A DNA stretch of 64,000 nucleotides from positions 4,480,001-4,544,000 of the forward strand of contig OZ252299.1 of NCBI GenBank assembly GCA_965250285.1, read 5' to 3'. Made by a program: the position numbers and the translations under genes. Shown piece after piece: positions 19,036 to 27,748 of this stretch. The notes below the pieces were generated by a model that was given only the letters and a program-made list of their open reading frames with translations, had not been told where the DNA came from and did no database searches. The stretch comes from Myxococcota bacterium. GTDB lineage: Bacteria; Myxococcota_A; UBA9160; UBA4427. Positions within the stretch are counted from its first letter, which is position 1. Every line of letters starts with the position of its first letter.

Positions 19036-20369
19036 GCTTCGAAGCCCTCTCGCATGGCGTCCTCATCGAGGTTTCGGCCGATGAACACGAGCTGACTTCG
19101 CCTCGGCGCATCCCCCCATGGTCGATCCGGCTGACTATCGAAGATCATGTGGACACCCTGGAAGACGTAGCGATTCTCCTCGCCCTTGAGGCTGATGAAG
19201 CCCTTCATGCGAAAGATGTCGACACCGCGCTCTCGCAAGAGCTCACCGAGCCAGGCGTTGAGCTTCTCGGGATCGACGTCACCGTCCCGCTCGATCGAGA
19301 TCGAGCCGACCTCGTCGTCGTGCTCGTGTTGGGCCACCCACGTGCGCTCGGCCTCGAAATCGACCGCCTTGCCATCGGCGTCCAGCACCCTCAGATCGAA
19401 CTCTTCGGCCGTATGCTGGGCGAAGAGGCCGACGCGCGCCGCCCGATCGACCTCGAGCACGAACGACTTGCGCCCCTCGGCCTCGAGCTGCAGCTCGACA
19501 TGTTTGCCGATCGGGATCATCTCGCCGGGCTGGATCGACTCGGGCGGCTCGGCGTACTGCCGCACGCACCACTCGGCACCCTCACGCAGCGCCGCATCAT
19601 CGGTGCCCTGCTCTGGCGTGACGACGAGAGACATCGCCGGATCGGGCCCTTCGGCGAGGCTGAGCTCGTAGCGACCGGACGAGAGCGCATAGACGCCCGT
19701 CCACTCGAATGGATACTCGGGCTCGAGGAAGGTCGGACGACGCTCGAGCGCCGTATCGAGATCGAAGGCAGCGAGATTGAGAACCGTATCGACGGGGACG
19801 TTGCCCCGCTCGGTACGAACGACGCGGGCCATTCGGTTCATCTCGCGGAGCCGAGCCTCGACGACATCGAGCTTCTCGTCGTCGACGAGGTCGGTCTTGT
19901 TGAGCACGAGGACGTCGGCAAACGCGACCTGCTCGGTGCTCTCGTCGCTCCGGCCGAGCTGCTGGTCGATGTGCGCCGCATCGACGAGCGTGACGATCCC
20001 GTCGAGGGCGAACTCTTCGCCGATCTCCTCGTCCATGAAGAACGTCTGCGCGACCGGACCGGGATCGGCCAGCCCCGTGGTCTCGACGAGCACGTAGTCG
20101 AACTTGTCTCGGCGCTTCATCAGGTTGCCCAGCACACGAATCAGATCGCCGCGTACCGTGCAGCAGATGCAGCCGTTCGACATCTCGAAGATCTCTTCGT
20201 CGGCGTCGATGACGAGCGCTTGATCGATGCCGACCTCACCGAACTCGTTCTCGATCACGGCGATGCGCTTGCCGTGCTCTTCACTCAAGATGCGATTGAG
20301 CAGCGTCGTCTTGCCCGAGCCGAGGAAGCCCGTGAAAATGGTGACCGGGACTGCGCCAGGCGAATCCAT
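19023..20369 (-). CDS. COG0523 G3E metallochaperone GTPase (CobW/YjiA family)
   Basis: TGFLGSGKTTLLN, NEFGEVGID, GCICCTVRGDL, ETTGLADP, NKTD, C-terminal FQGVH...LVFIGR. Confidence 0.93.
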   Translation of the reverse strand: MDSPGAVPVTIFTGFLGSGKTTLLNRILSEEHGKRIAVIENEFGEVGIDQALVIDADEEIFEMSNGCICCTVRGDLIRVLGNLMKRRDKFDYVLVETTGLADPGPVAQTFFMDEEIGEEFALDGIVTLVDAAHIDQQLGRSDESTEQVAFADVLVLNKTDLVDDEKLDVVEARLREMNRMARVVRTERGNVPVDTVLNLAAFDLDTALERRPTFLEPEYPFEWTGVYALSSGRYELSLAEGPDPAMSLVVTPEQGTDDAALREGAEWCVRQYAEPPESIQPGEMIPIGKHVELQLEAEGRKSFVLEVDRAARVGLFAQHTAEEFDLRVLDADGKAVDFEAERTWVAQHEHDDEVGSISIERDGDVDPEKLNAWLGELLRERGVDIFRMKGFISLKGEENRYVFQGVHMIFDSQPDRPWGDAPRRSQLVFIGRNLDEDAMREGFEACLI

Positions 20370-20687
20370 CTAGTTCTCCTTGGTGCCTGTGGTGAGTAAT
20401 GACAGAGCGGCGACGTCGACTTCGAATCCCCAGGCCTTGCAGACCTCCATGAGATCCTGGGGGCTCACATCGTCCGTGGGCTTATGCAGCTTGTGTTGAA
20501 GCTGAGGGCCGTCCGATCGAAGCAACCCGAACACGGTTTCGACCGGGGCGCAGTCTTCTTCGAGACAGGCCAGTTCGCTGACCGTGATCGTCGCGTCGTC
20601 ACGCAGATCGAGCGCGTCGCGCAACACCTGCTTGATGCGACGGACGGTATCGAGATTCGGCTTCGTCGATGAGCGGCCGATCAGCAT
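20370..20687 (-). CDS. Small conserved hypothetical protein with a CxxxxC motif
   Basis: VSELACLEEDCAPVETV. Translationally coupled to both neighbours. Confidence 0.7.
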   Translation of the reverse strand: MLIGRSSTKPNLDTVRRIKQVLRDALDLRDDATITVSELACLEEDCAPVETVFGLLRSDGPQLQHKLHKPTDDVSPQDLMEVCKAWGFEVDVAALSLLTTGTKEN

Positions 20688-22039
20688 GCGACTTCTCCCT
20701 CTCGAGACACGGCGAGGCCGGCGTGCACGAGCCACCGGTTCGACAGACCCTCCGCGATCGGCCCGTCGAACACGATCCGCCCCTCGCGCAAGAGCACGAC
20801 GCGCGCTGCCTGGGGCGGCAGCGCGTGCAGATCGTGTGTGGCCCAGATGCAGGCGGCCCCGTTCCGGCGAACCGACTGTTCCACGAGCGTCCGGAGCTCG
20901 TCTGCGGCAACGGGATCGAGCCCCGAGGTCGGCTCGTCGAGGAGAAGCAACGACGGCTCGGTCACGAGGAGACCCGCGAGCGCAACCCGACGCTGTTCAC
21001 CGAAGCTCAGCTCGTGACACGGGCGTTCCCACAGATGATCGATGCGCAGCGCCGTCGCCATCTCGAGGGCGCGGTCGCGCGCTTGCTCGAGATCGACGCC
21101 CCGTCGAACCAGTCCCCACGTGATGTCTTCGTCGACCGTGCTCGCGATGAAATGATGCTCTGGGTTCTGGTCGAGCAGCGCGACGCGACCATCGAGTCGG
21201 GCGCCGAGCGCGGCACCGGGCTGCAGCGGAACGCCGAGACGATGCATCGCCCCGCCGGTCGGAGCATCGAGCCCAGCGAGCAAACGCAAGAGACTGGATT
21301 TGCCCGCTCCGCTCGGACCGCAGACGACCACCCACTCGGCCGGGTGCACGCGAAGGTCGAGCTGCTCGAGAACGCGCTTCCCACCGCGCTCGACGTCGAC
21401 CGCATCGAGACCGAAGCCGTCGGCGGCGTCGGCACCGATCCGCGCGCTGCTCCGCAGCAGCGCGTTCTCCTCCACGCGCTCGAGGCGGAGAAAGGACTGC
21501 AACGCACCCTCGCCGAGCAGCGAACCCCAGGATGTGAGGGGCAGCCCCGGGCGCCCCAGGCGCAGGCGCGCCGCATCGCGCCGCTGCGCCCATTCGCGCC
21601 GCGTGAGCACACCATGCAGGAGCGCGTGGTCGAGGGCCGCAACGACGCGCTCGGGCACACGCATCCGAAGCATGATCTGTCGAAGCGAGGCCCAGTCGAC
21701 CCGGGTTCCGAGCCAGAGAACCCAGACCACGCCGCACAGGACGCGAGCGCCGACCTCGACGGCACGACGTGTGTCGGAGCTGACGAGGACCCCGCTCAGC
21801 AGGACGAAGACCACGAGGATCATCGCCCATGCGAGGACCGGCTCGATCCGTCGTTGCCCGCGCGCGTACGCGACGCCGATCAGGACGGCGCCCACGCTCG
21901 CCCCGATCCCAGACACCACGGGATCACGCGCGCCCGCATTGACGACCAGCACGCAGAGAGTGAGTGCGAGGCTCGAGGCCGCGACCCACAGCGGTTGACG
22001 ACGTTCGAAGAACAGCGAGTGCTCAGCGCTGATGTGCAT
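20681..22039 (-). CDS. Fused ECF transporter T component and ATPase (CbiQ-CbiO-like)
   Basis: N-terminal TM helices with RLR and ALLRS coupling region. Walker A GPSGAGKS, LSFGEQRRVALAG, LLLDEPTSGLD, ATHD. Confidence 0.85.
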   Translation of the reverse strand: MHISAEHSLFFERRQPLWVAASSLALTLCVLVVNAGARDPVVSGIGASVGAVLIGVAYARGQRRIEPVLAWAMILVVFVLLSGVLVSSDTRRAVEVGARVLCGVVWVLWLGTRVDWASLRQIMLRMRVPERVVAALDHALLHGVLTRREWAQRRDAARLRLGRPGLPLTSWGSLLGEGALQSFLRLERVEENALLRSSARIGADAADGFGLDAVDVERGGKRVLEQLDLRVHPAEWVVVCGPSGAGKSSLLRLLAGLDAPTGGAMHRLGVPLQPGAALGARLDGRVALLDQNPEHHFIASTVDEDITWGLVRRGVDLEQARDRALEMATALRIDHLWERPCHELSFGEQRRVALAGLLVTEPSLLLLDEPTSGLDPVAADELRTLVEQSVRRNGAACIWATHDLHALPPQAARVVLLREGRIVFDGPIAEGLSNRWLVHAGLAVSREGEVAC

Positions 22040-22937
22040 CGCGCTGCCCTCCGAGCACACGCTCCCAGGCGCGGCCTGCCACGAAGCCGAGCCCGAAGAG
22101 GATGAGGATCGTCATCGCCAGCCCGAGCTCGCCCTGGCTGAGGTCGACGAGACTGCCCGTCGGTGGTCGCCCCGCCGTCTCGGCGATCGCACCGAAGACG
22201 GTGCCGTCGATGCCCTCGTAGCTGCAGCCCACCAGGCCGATCGAGAGCAACAGGACCATGGCCGATGCCCTGGCGAGCGGGGATTTGCGAAGCAGTCGCA
22301 GCGATTCGGGCAGAAGGTCGGGCCGACGCGCAACCAACAGGCGGACGATGCCGACCGAAGCGAAGGCCTCGAGCAGCGCCAACGGCACCTGCACGGGCGC
22401 AAAGCCGAGCAGCACTGCGGTGAAGGTGGTCGCGGGCGCCACCGCGCTCGAGAGTCCGAGCGCGAGCACCACGGCGTCGGCCATGTAGACGCTCAGATCG
22501 GCGAGGCCACATGCCAGGGCAACCCCGATGCCGTTCGAGACACCCAGCCGCTGCATCAGCGTCCACAGGCCAACCGCCGCCCACGGTCCCAATACGCCGA
22601 GTGTCAGGGTATTCACCCCGAGCGTGGTGAGCCCGCCGTGCGCGAAGAAGATCGCCTGCAGCACGAGTACGAAGAACGTCGGCCACACGATGTGACGGAC
22701 GCCCACGATCAGCGCGAGTACCGGCGTCAGGCAGATGTGACTGGTTGCACCGACGACCGGTACCGGGAGCGGCAGCAACGTGGCCGCGAACAGCAGACTC
22801 GTTGCACCCGCCATCGCGACCGGCGCTGGTGCCGTCTCTGCCTGTGCGCCCCGTATGCTCCAGGCGACGACGGGCGCGGCCGCGACGCTCCATCCAATGG
22901 CCTGACCGAGCGGAAGCACGCCTTCGGCTAGATGCAC
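22023..22937 (-). CDS. cbiM: ECF cobalt/nickel S component CbiM fused to a CbiN-like domain
   Basis: GTG 22937 with GGGAGA RBS gives MHLAEGVLP, the metal-binding N-terminus. ATSH, QAIFFAHGGLTTLGVN, C-terminal YEGID...GELG..ILFGLGFVAG. Confidence 0.85.
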   Translation of the reverse strand: MHLAEGVLPLGQAIGWSVAAAPVVAWSIRGAQAETAPAPVAMAGATSLLFAATLLPLPVPVVGATSHICLTPVLALIVGVRHIVWPTFFVLVLQAIFFAHGGLTTLGVNTLTLGVLGPWAAVGLWTLMQRLGVSNGIGVALACGLADLSVYMADAVVLALGLSSAVAPATTFTAVLLGFAPVQVPLALLEAFASVGIVRLLVARRPDLLPESLRLLRKSPLARASAMVLLLSIGLVGCSYEGIDGTVFGAIAETAGRPPTGSLVDLSQGELGLAMTILILFGLGFVAGRAWERVLGGQRDAHQR

Positions 22938-23834
22938 GAGCACTCTCCCAAGTGCGGGGACACCAGCCCCGCCATGCTCGACCGCAGGGGCGGGGGCCGT
23001 GCTGCTCGCGGAGTGAATCCGTGGACGGCCTCGAGGAAGAGCGAAACGCCGTCGAAGATATCACGCACGCTCTCGCCAGGACGCGGATCGTCGACGGGTT
23101 CGACCGATCTCCCCGGCGTGGTACCGGCGATTCGACGAGGCCCAGGGCCGGCCCACCGACACGCCGTGGATCGAACATCGAAGAGATGCCGATGGGGGCC
23201 ATCTTCGACCGAGGCGTGAAGATCGCGATACAGGTGGCATCGCTGCCAGCTCTCCTTCGGCTCGCGCGAGCTCCCCATCTCCCCGTATGAAGCGAAGACA
23301 CGGGGCGTGCGGGATGAGGCGCACTCGTCCAGGTTCGTCGGCGGTGCGAGCCGTCCCGTCGCAACGTCGGCTCGTCCGCCGGTCTCTGACTCGGCGCGCC
23401 GACCCCCCCGAGCGCGCGAGGGGCCCGCACGTCGACGATCTCCGCGGCGAATCACGCGCGCCTCCGATGGCTCGGGGAACGAGCGAAACACCTGGGCACC
23501 GTCGGCGCATCCGAAGGCGACGGCCTGCTGAGGGGCATGGAGCAACGGTGGCCTGCGAGTCAAACGAACGATGACGCGAATGAGAGGCGCGTGATGAGCA
23601 ACGGCGGAGCGCCACGACGACCGCGGCTCGACGCGGTGCCAGTGGACCCAGCGATCCCACGTCAATAGCGCCGGCCGGCTCGGTCGAGTTCCCCTCTGTC
23701 CGAAGAAAATCGACCGGGCCGATCTCACGGTTCGACACAGGGAGTGGGCCTGCGCACCTCATCCGACAGTGCGAGACTTCGGCGGGCTGTCACCCCGGGA
23801 CGCCGCGACGAGAATGAATGGACACGAGGTAGAC

Positions 23835-24272
23835 ATGAAGGACATCAAGGGCGTCTTCCGCAACCTCGAAAAGAAGCTGATGCAGTCGAGCTGGTTCGAT
23901 GACGACTGGGAGATCTACAACCGCGGCCCCTACCTGCAGCTCTACAAGGTGAACTGGCACAACGACAACCAGGGCGGCGTGCACTTCGAAACCTACATCG
24001 AGGCGCCGCAGATCAAGCAGAAGGAGTTCCCGATCTGCATGCATGCCGAAGAGGATTGTCCGTCGCAGCCCGAGTTCATCGAGACGTTCCTGGCCCTGGA
24101 GGGCGAGCGGATCGCGGGCTGGAAGGGGTATCAGACGATCGGCACGGGCTACAGCATCTGTGAGCGACGGCTCCCTCTGAACTTCAAGAACCTCGAGGGC
24201 CGGCTGGTCGAAGAGTTCAATCGCCTTCGGCAGCTCGAAGCCGGCATCGATCAGGTTCTGGGTCGACTCTAG
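23835..24272 (+). CDS. Hypothetical protein
   Basis: GAGGT RBS and strong coding bias. No motif recognised. Confidence 0.75.
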   Translation: MKDIKGVFRNLEKKLMQSSWFDDDWEIYNRGPYLQLYKVNWHNDNQGGVHFETYIEAPQIKQKEFPICMHAEEDCPSQPEFIETFLALEGERIAGWKGYQTIGTGYSICERRLPLNFKNLEGRLVEEFNRLRQLEAGIDQVLGRL

Positions 24273-24319
24273 GTTCGGCGACCGCAGATCACCAAACGCC
24301 TTCGCTTCGGAGCAGGACC

Positions 24320-24508
24320 ATGAGCCGCGACAAGAATCCGTGCATCGACGTGTGCGAATTCTCTGGCCCGAAGGGGTGGTGTCTGGGGTGCGGGCGGACC
24401 CGAGAAGAAGCCCAGAAGTGGAAGTCGCTCAAGCCCTATGCGAGGAACATCCTGCTGAAGGAGCTCGAGAAGCGGCGGTCTCGCCTTCAGGCGCAGCAGT
24501 CCCGGTGA
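24320..24508 (+). CDS. DUF1289 family small Cys-rich protein
   Basis: NPCIDVC...WCLGCGRT.EE...W. Confidence 0.85.
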   Translation: MSRDKNPCIDVCEFSGPKGWCLGCGRTREEAQKWKSLKPYARNILLKELEKRRSRLQAQQSR

Positions 24509-24596
24509 ACGCCCGGCTCGCCCGCTGGCGGCAGAAGCGACACCATCCAGCCATGCCCCCGACTCGACCGCCCTCTCATCGCGCAGGCGGCGGGCC

Positions 24597-26588
24597 TCAC
24601 TTCGCTGCAGCCGAACCGATCGGCGTGCGATCGCCTTCGATCTGGCCGAGGAACTCGTCGAGGCCGAGCTCGCCGAGCTGTTCACCCTCACCCGAGCGGA
24701 CGTTGATCGTGCGGGCCGCGGTTTCCTTCTCGCCCACCACGAGGGCGTACGGGATCTTCTGCAGGCTCGCCTCGCGGATCTTGTAGCCGACCCGATCGTC
24801 TCGAACGTTGACCTCGACCCGCAGGCCGGCGTCGAGCAGCTGCTCTTCGACCTCGCGCGCGTAGTCGTTGAAGCGCTCGCTCACGGGCAGCACCACCACT
24901 TGGACCGGCGCAAGCCACAGCGGGAACCGACCCGCGAAGTGCTCGATCAGGATGCCGAGAAACCGTTCGACGCTGCCGTAGCAGGCCCGGTGGATCATCA
25001 CCGGCACGTGCTTGTCGCCGTCGGCGCCGACGTAGCTCAGGCCGAACCGTTCCGGCATCGAGAAGTCGAGCTGGATGGTGCCGCACTGCCACGAGCGCTT
25101 GAGGACGTCGCGAATGTGAAAGTCGATCTTCGGGCCATAGAAGGCGCCATCACCGGCGTTGAGCTCGTAGTCCATGCCCGCGGCGTCGAGCGCCTCGCGC
25201 AGGGCATCCTCGGCCTGGTCCCAGATCTCATCGCTGCCGACGCGCTTCTCGGGCCGGGTCGAGAGCTCGACGCGTACGTCGTCGAGACCGAAGTAGCCGT
25301 ACACCTCCTGAAAGAACGCGATCAGCATGCCGATCTCGCCGGCGATCTGTTCGGGCGTACAGAAGTGATGGGCGTCGTCCTGGGTGAAGGCCTGCACGCG
25401 GAAGAGCCCATGACGAACCCCCGAGAGCTCGCGCCGGTGCACGAGCCCCATCTCCTGAAAACGCAGCGGGAACTCGTTGTGGCTGTGGTTCCGGTGCTTG
25501 TAGACCAGAACGTGTCCCGGGCAGTTCATGGGCTTCACCGCCATGGGGCGGTGCTCTTCGACGTTGTCGTGGATCTCGTCGGGATGCGCCTCATCGCGCA
25601 GCTTCAGCTTCGTGAAGAACATGTTCTCGAGGTAGTTGTCGTAGTGCCCCGACACGTGCCAGAGCCGTTCCGAGAGCACGAGCGGCGTCTTGAGCTCTTC
25701 GTACCCCCGGCGCGAGAGCAGACCGCGCATCGTATCCACGAGCGTCGTGAACAGCGTGGTGCCCTTCGGGTGGAAGAACGGGAAGCCCGGCGCCTCCTCC
25801 TCGAAGTGGAAGAGATCGAGCTGCTCGCCCAGCACCCGATGATCGCGCTTGCGCGCCTCCTCGAGCAGATGCAGGTGCTCCTTCAGGTCGTCCTTGCTGA
25901 AGAAGGCCGTGCCGTAGACCCGCACGAGCTGCTCGTTCTCGGCGTCGGCGCGCCAGTACGCACCCGAGACGCTCGTCAGCTTCACGTGCTTGAGCCATCC
26001 GGTGTGGGGGACGTGTGGGCCGCGGCAGAGGTCGACGAACTCGCCATGCCGGTAGAGCGTGATCTCCTCGCCCCGGGCCTCGATGTCGCCGACGATCTCG
26101 GCCTTGAATCGGTTGTGCCCTCCATCGATGGCGCGATAGCGCGCGAACGACTCGTCGGCCTCCTTGTCGCGCACCACACATCGCTCGAACGGCAGCGCCT
26201 GCTTGGCGAGGCTCGCCATCTCGGCCTCGATGGCGGCAAAGTCATCGGGGTGGATCGCGCCGTCGGGCAGATAGATGTCGTAGTAGAAGCCGTCTTCGAC
26301 CACGGGGCCGATGGTGAGCTGGGCCTCGGGATGGAGACGCAGGATCGCGTCGGCCATCAGATGGGCGGCCGAGTGCCGCAAGACCTCGAGGGCCTCGGGA
26401 TCCTTGCGGGTCAACAGCGCGACCTCTGCACCGTCGACCAGGGGCTGGGCGAGATCCTGAACCCGACCCTCCACCCGGGCCGCGACGGCGGCCTTGGCGA
26501 GTCCGGGCCCGATTTCGCGGGCGAGATCTGCAGCGCTGGCGCCGTCCGGCAGGACGCGCGCGCTGCCGTCGGGCAGCGTGACTTCCAT
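24597..26588 (-). CDS. thrS: Threonine--tRNA ligase
   Basis: TGS domain, editing motifs RHSAAH and DLCRGPH, RDHR, KPMNCPGH, FTQDDAH, GAFYGPKID, MIHRA, anticodon-binding domain. Confidence 0.98.
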   Translation of the reverse strand: MEVTLPDGSARVLPDGASAADLAREIGPGLAKAAVAARVEGRVQDLAQPLVDGAEVALLTRKDPEALEVLRHSAAHLMADAILRLHPEAQLTIGPVVEDGFYYDIYLPDGAIHPDDFAAIEAEMASLAKQALPFERCVVRDKEADESFARYRAIDGGHNRFKAEIVGDIEARGEEITLYRHGEFVDLCRGPHVPHTGWLKHVKLTSVSGAYWRADAENEQLVRVYGTAFFSKDDLKEHLHLLEEARKRDHRVLGEQLDLFHFEEEAPGFPFFHPKGTTLFTTLVDTMRGLLSRRGYEELKTPLVLSERLWHVSGHYDNYLENMFFTKLKLRDEAHPDEIHDNVEEHRPMAVKPMNCPGHVLVYKHRNHSHNEFPLRFQEMGLVHRRELSGVRHGLFRVQAFTQDDAHHFCTPEQIAGEIGMLIAFFQEVYGYFGLDDVRVELSTRPEKRVGSDEIWDQAEDALREALDAAGMDYELNAGDGAFYGPKIDFHIRDVLKRSWQCGTIQLDFSMPERFGLSYVGADGDKHVPVMIHRACYGSVERFLGILIEHFAGRFPLWLAPVQVVVLPVSERFNDYAREVEEQLLDAGLRVEVNVRDDRVGYKIREASLQKIPYALVVGEKETAARTINVRSGEGEQLGELGLDEFLGQIEGDRTPIGSAAAK

Positions 26589-26607
26589 CGGTTCGTCTCC
26601 CTGTCTT

Positions 26608-26663
26608 GCGGGACGGCTACGATCCGCCCTCGCGCGGCATCCGACGGCTACGACCCGCCGAAT
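26608..26663 (-). promoter_or_regulatory. thrS leader: two tRNA-Thr(CGU) anticodon stem-loop mimics (putative translational operator)
   Basis: mRNA hairpins AUUCGGCGG-GUCGUAG-CCGUCGGAU (26663-26639) and GCGAGGGCGG-AUCGUAG-CCGUCCCGC (26633-26608), then SD AGGGAG 26602-26597 and AUG 26588. Confidence 0.75.
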
Positions 26664-26690
26664 CCCTCGAAGACCGGAGCGTGGCTCATC

Positions 26691-27521
26691 ATGATCCTCA
26701 AGCAAGCCCGTCGACCCGACGTGAGCCTCAAGAGCGCCGCCGAGCTGGAGGGCATGGCCGCCGCGGGCCGACTCGCGGCGCGGTGCCTCTCCTGGATCGT
26801 CCGCCAGGTGGGCCCGGGGATGACGACGAACGAGATCGACGACCTGCAAGTGCAGTTCGCACGAGAGCATGGCGTGACGGCCGCCCCCCTGAACTACCGC
26901 GGGTTTCCGAAGAGCATCTGCACATCCGTGAATGAGGTGGTCTGCCACGGCATTCCCAGCGACCGAAAGCTCGTCGAGGGGGACATCATCGGCGTGGATG
27001 TCACGCTGATCGTCGAGGGCTACCACGGCGACACGGCCACCACGATCCCAGTGGGGGCCGTGGCACCCGAGGTGGCGCGGCTGCTCGAGCGGACGCTCGA
27101 GTGCCAGCGGCGTGGCATCGACGCCGCTCGGCCGGGCGCCCGCATCGGGGACATCGGGGCCGCGATTCAGTCCACCGTCGAGCCCGCGGGCTTCTCCGTC
27201 GTACGAGACTTCGTGGGCCACGGCATCGGGCGGGGCTTCCACGAGCCGCCTGAGATCCCCCACTATGGCCAGGCGGGCAAGGGCCGCCGCCTGCTCGCGG
27301 GCATGACCTTCACCGTCGAGCCGATGATCAATGCCGGCAGCTGGGCGACCGAGGTGCTCGACGACGATTGGACGGCGGTCACCGCCGACGGATCGCTCTC
27401 GGCGCAGTACGAGCACACCATCGCGGTCACCGACGACGGCTACCGCGTACTTACGGTGCAGAACGACACCGGTGCATGGGAGCCACCCGGCCGCTGGAGC
27501 CCATCGGGCTGGATCGACTGA
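26691..27521 (+). CDS. map: Methionine aminopeptidase type I
   Basis: FPKSICTSVNEVVCHGIP, DIIGVDVT..YHGDT, GHGIG..FHE, EPMIN, SAQYEHT. Confidence 0.96.
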   Translation: MILKQARRPDVSLKSAAELEGMAAAGRLAARCLSWIVRQVGPGMTTNEIDDLQVQFAREHGVTAAPLNYRGFPKSICTSVNEVVCHGIPSDRKLVEGDIIGVDVTLIVEGYHGDTATTIPVGAVAPEVARLLERTLECQRRGIDAARPGARIGDIGAAIQSTVEPAGFSVVRDFVGHGIGRGFHEPPEIPHYGQAGKGRRLLAGMTFTVEPMINAGSWATEVLDDDWTAVTADGSLSAQYEHTIAVTDDGYRVLTVQNDTGAWEPPGRWSPSGWID

Positions 27522-27748
27522 GCGCACCGACCGGTTGGCGTGCCTGCGCATGGTGCTGATGGCGCTCGCGGATCGGACGCTCGCGCAGTGGACGCCTCGA
27601 ACGGGGCGAACCAGACTCTCACCGAGATCCGACCCCGCCCGGGCGGCGTCGAATCGAAGGGGGACCCGACCGGGTCCAGTCCGTCGACCGCACGGACCGA
27701 GATGAAGAGGGAGACGGCGCGCGTTCCGAGGAACACGCCTTCGACGCC

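Noticed and set aside
23245..23290. Glycine-riboswitch-like GGAG...CCGAAGGAG on the minus strand
   Set aside because: The downstream CTCTCAGG element is missing and the gene context does not fit.
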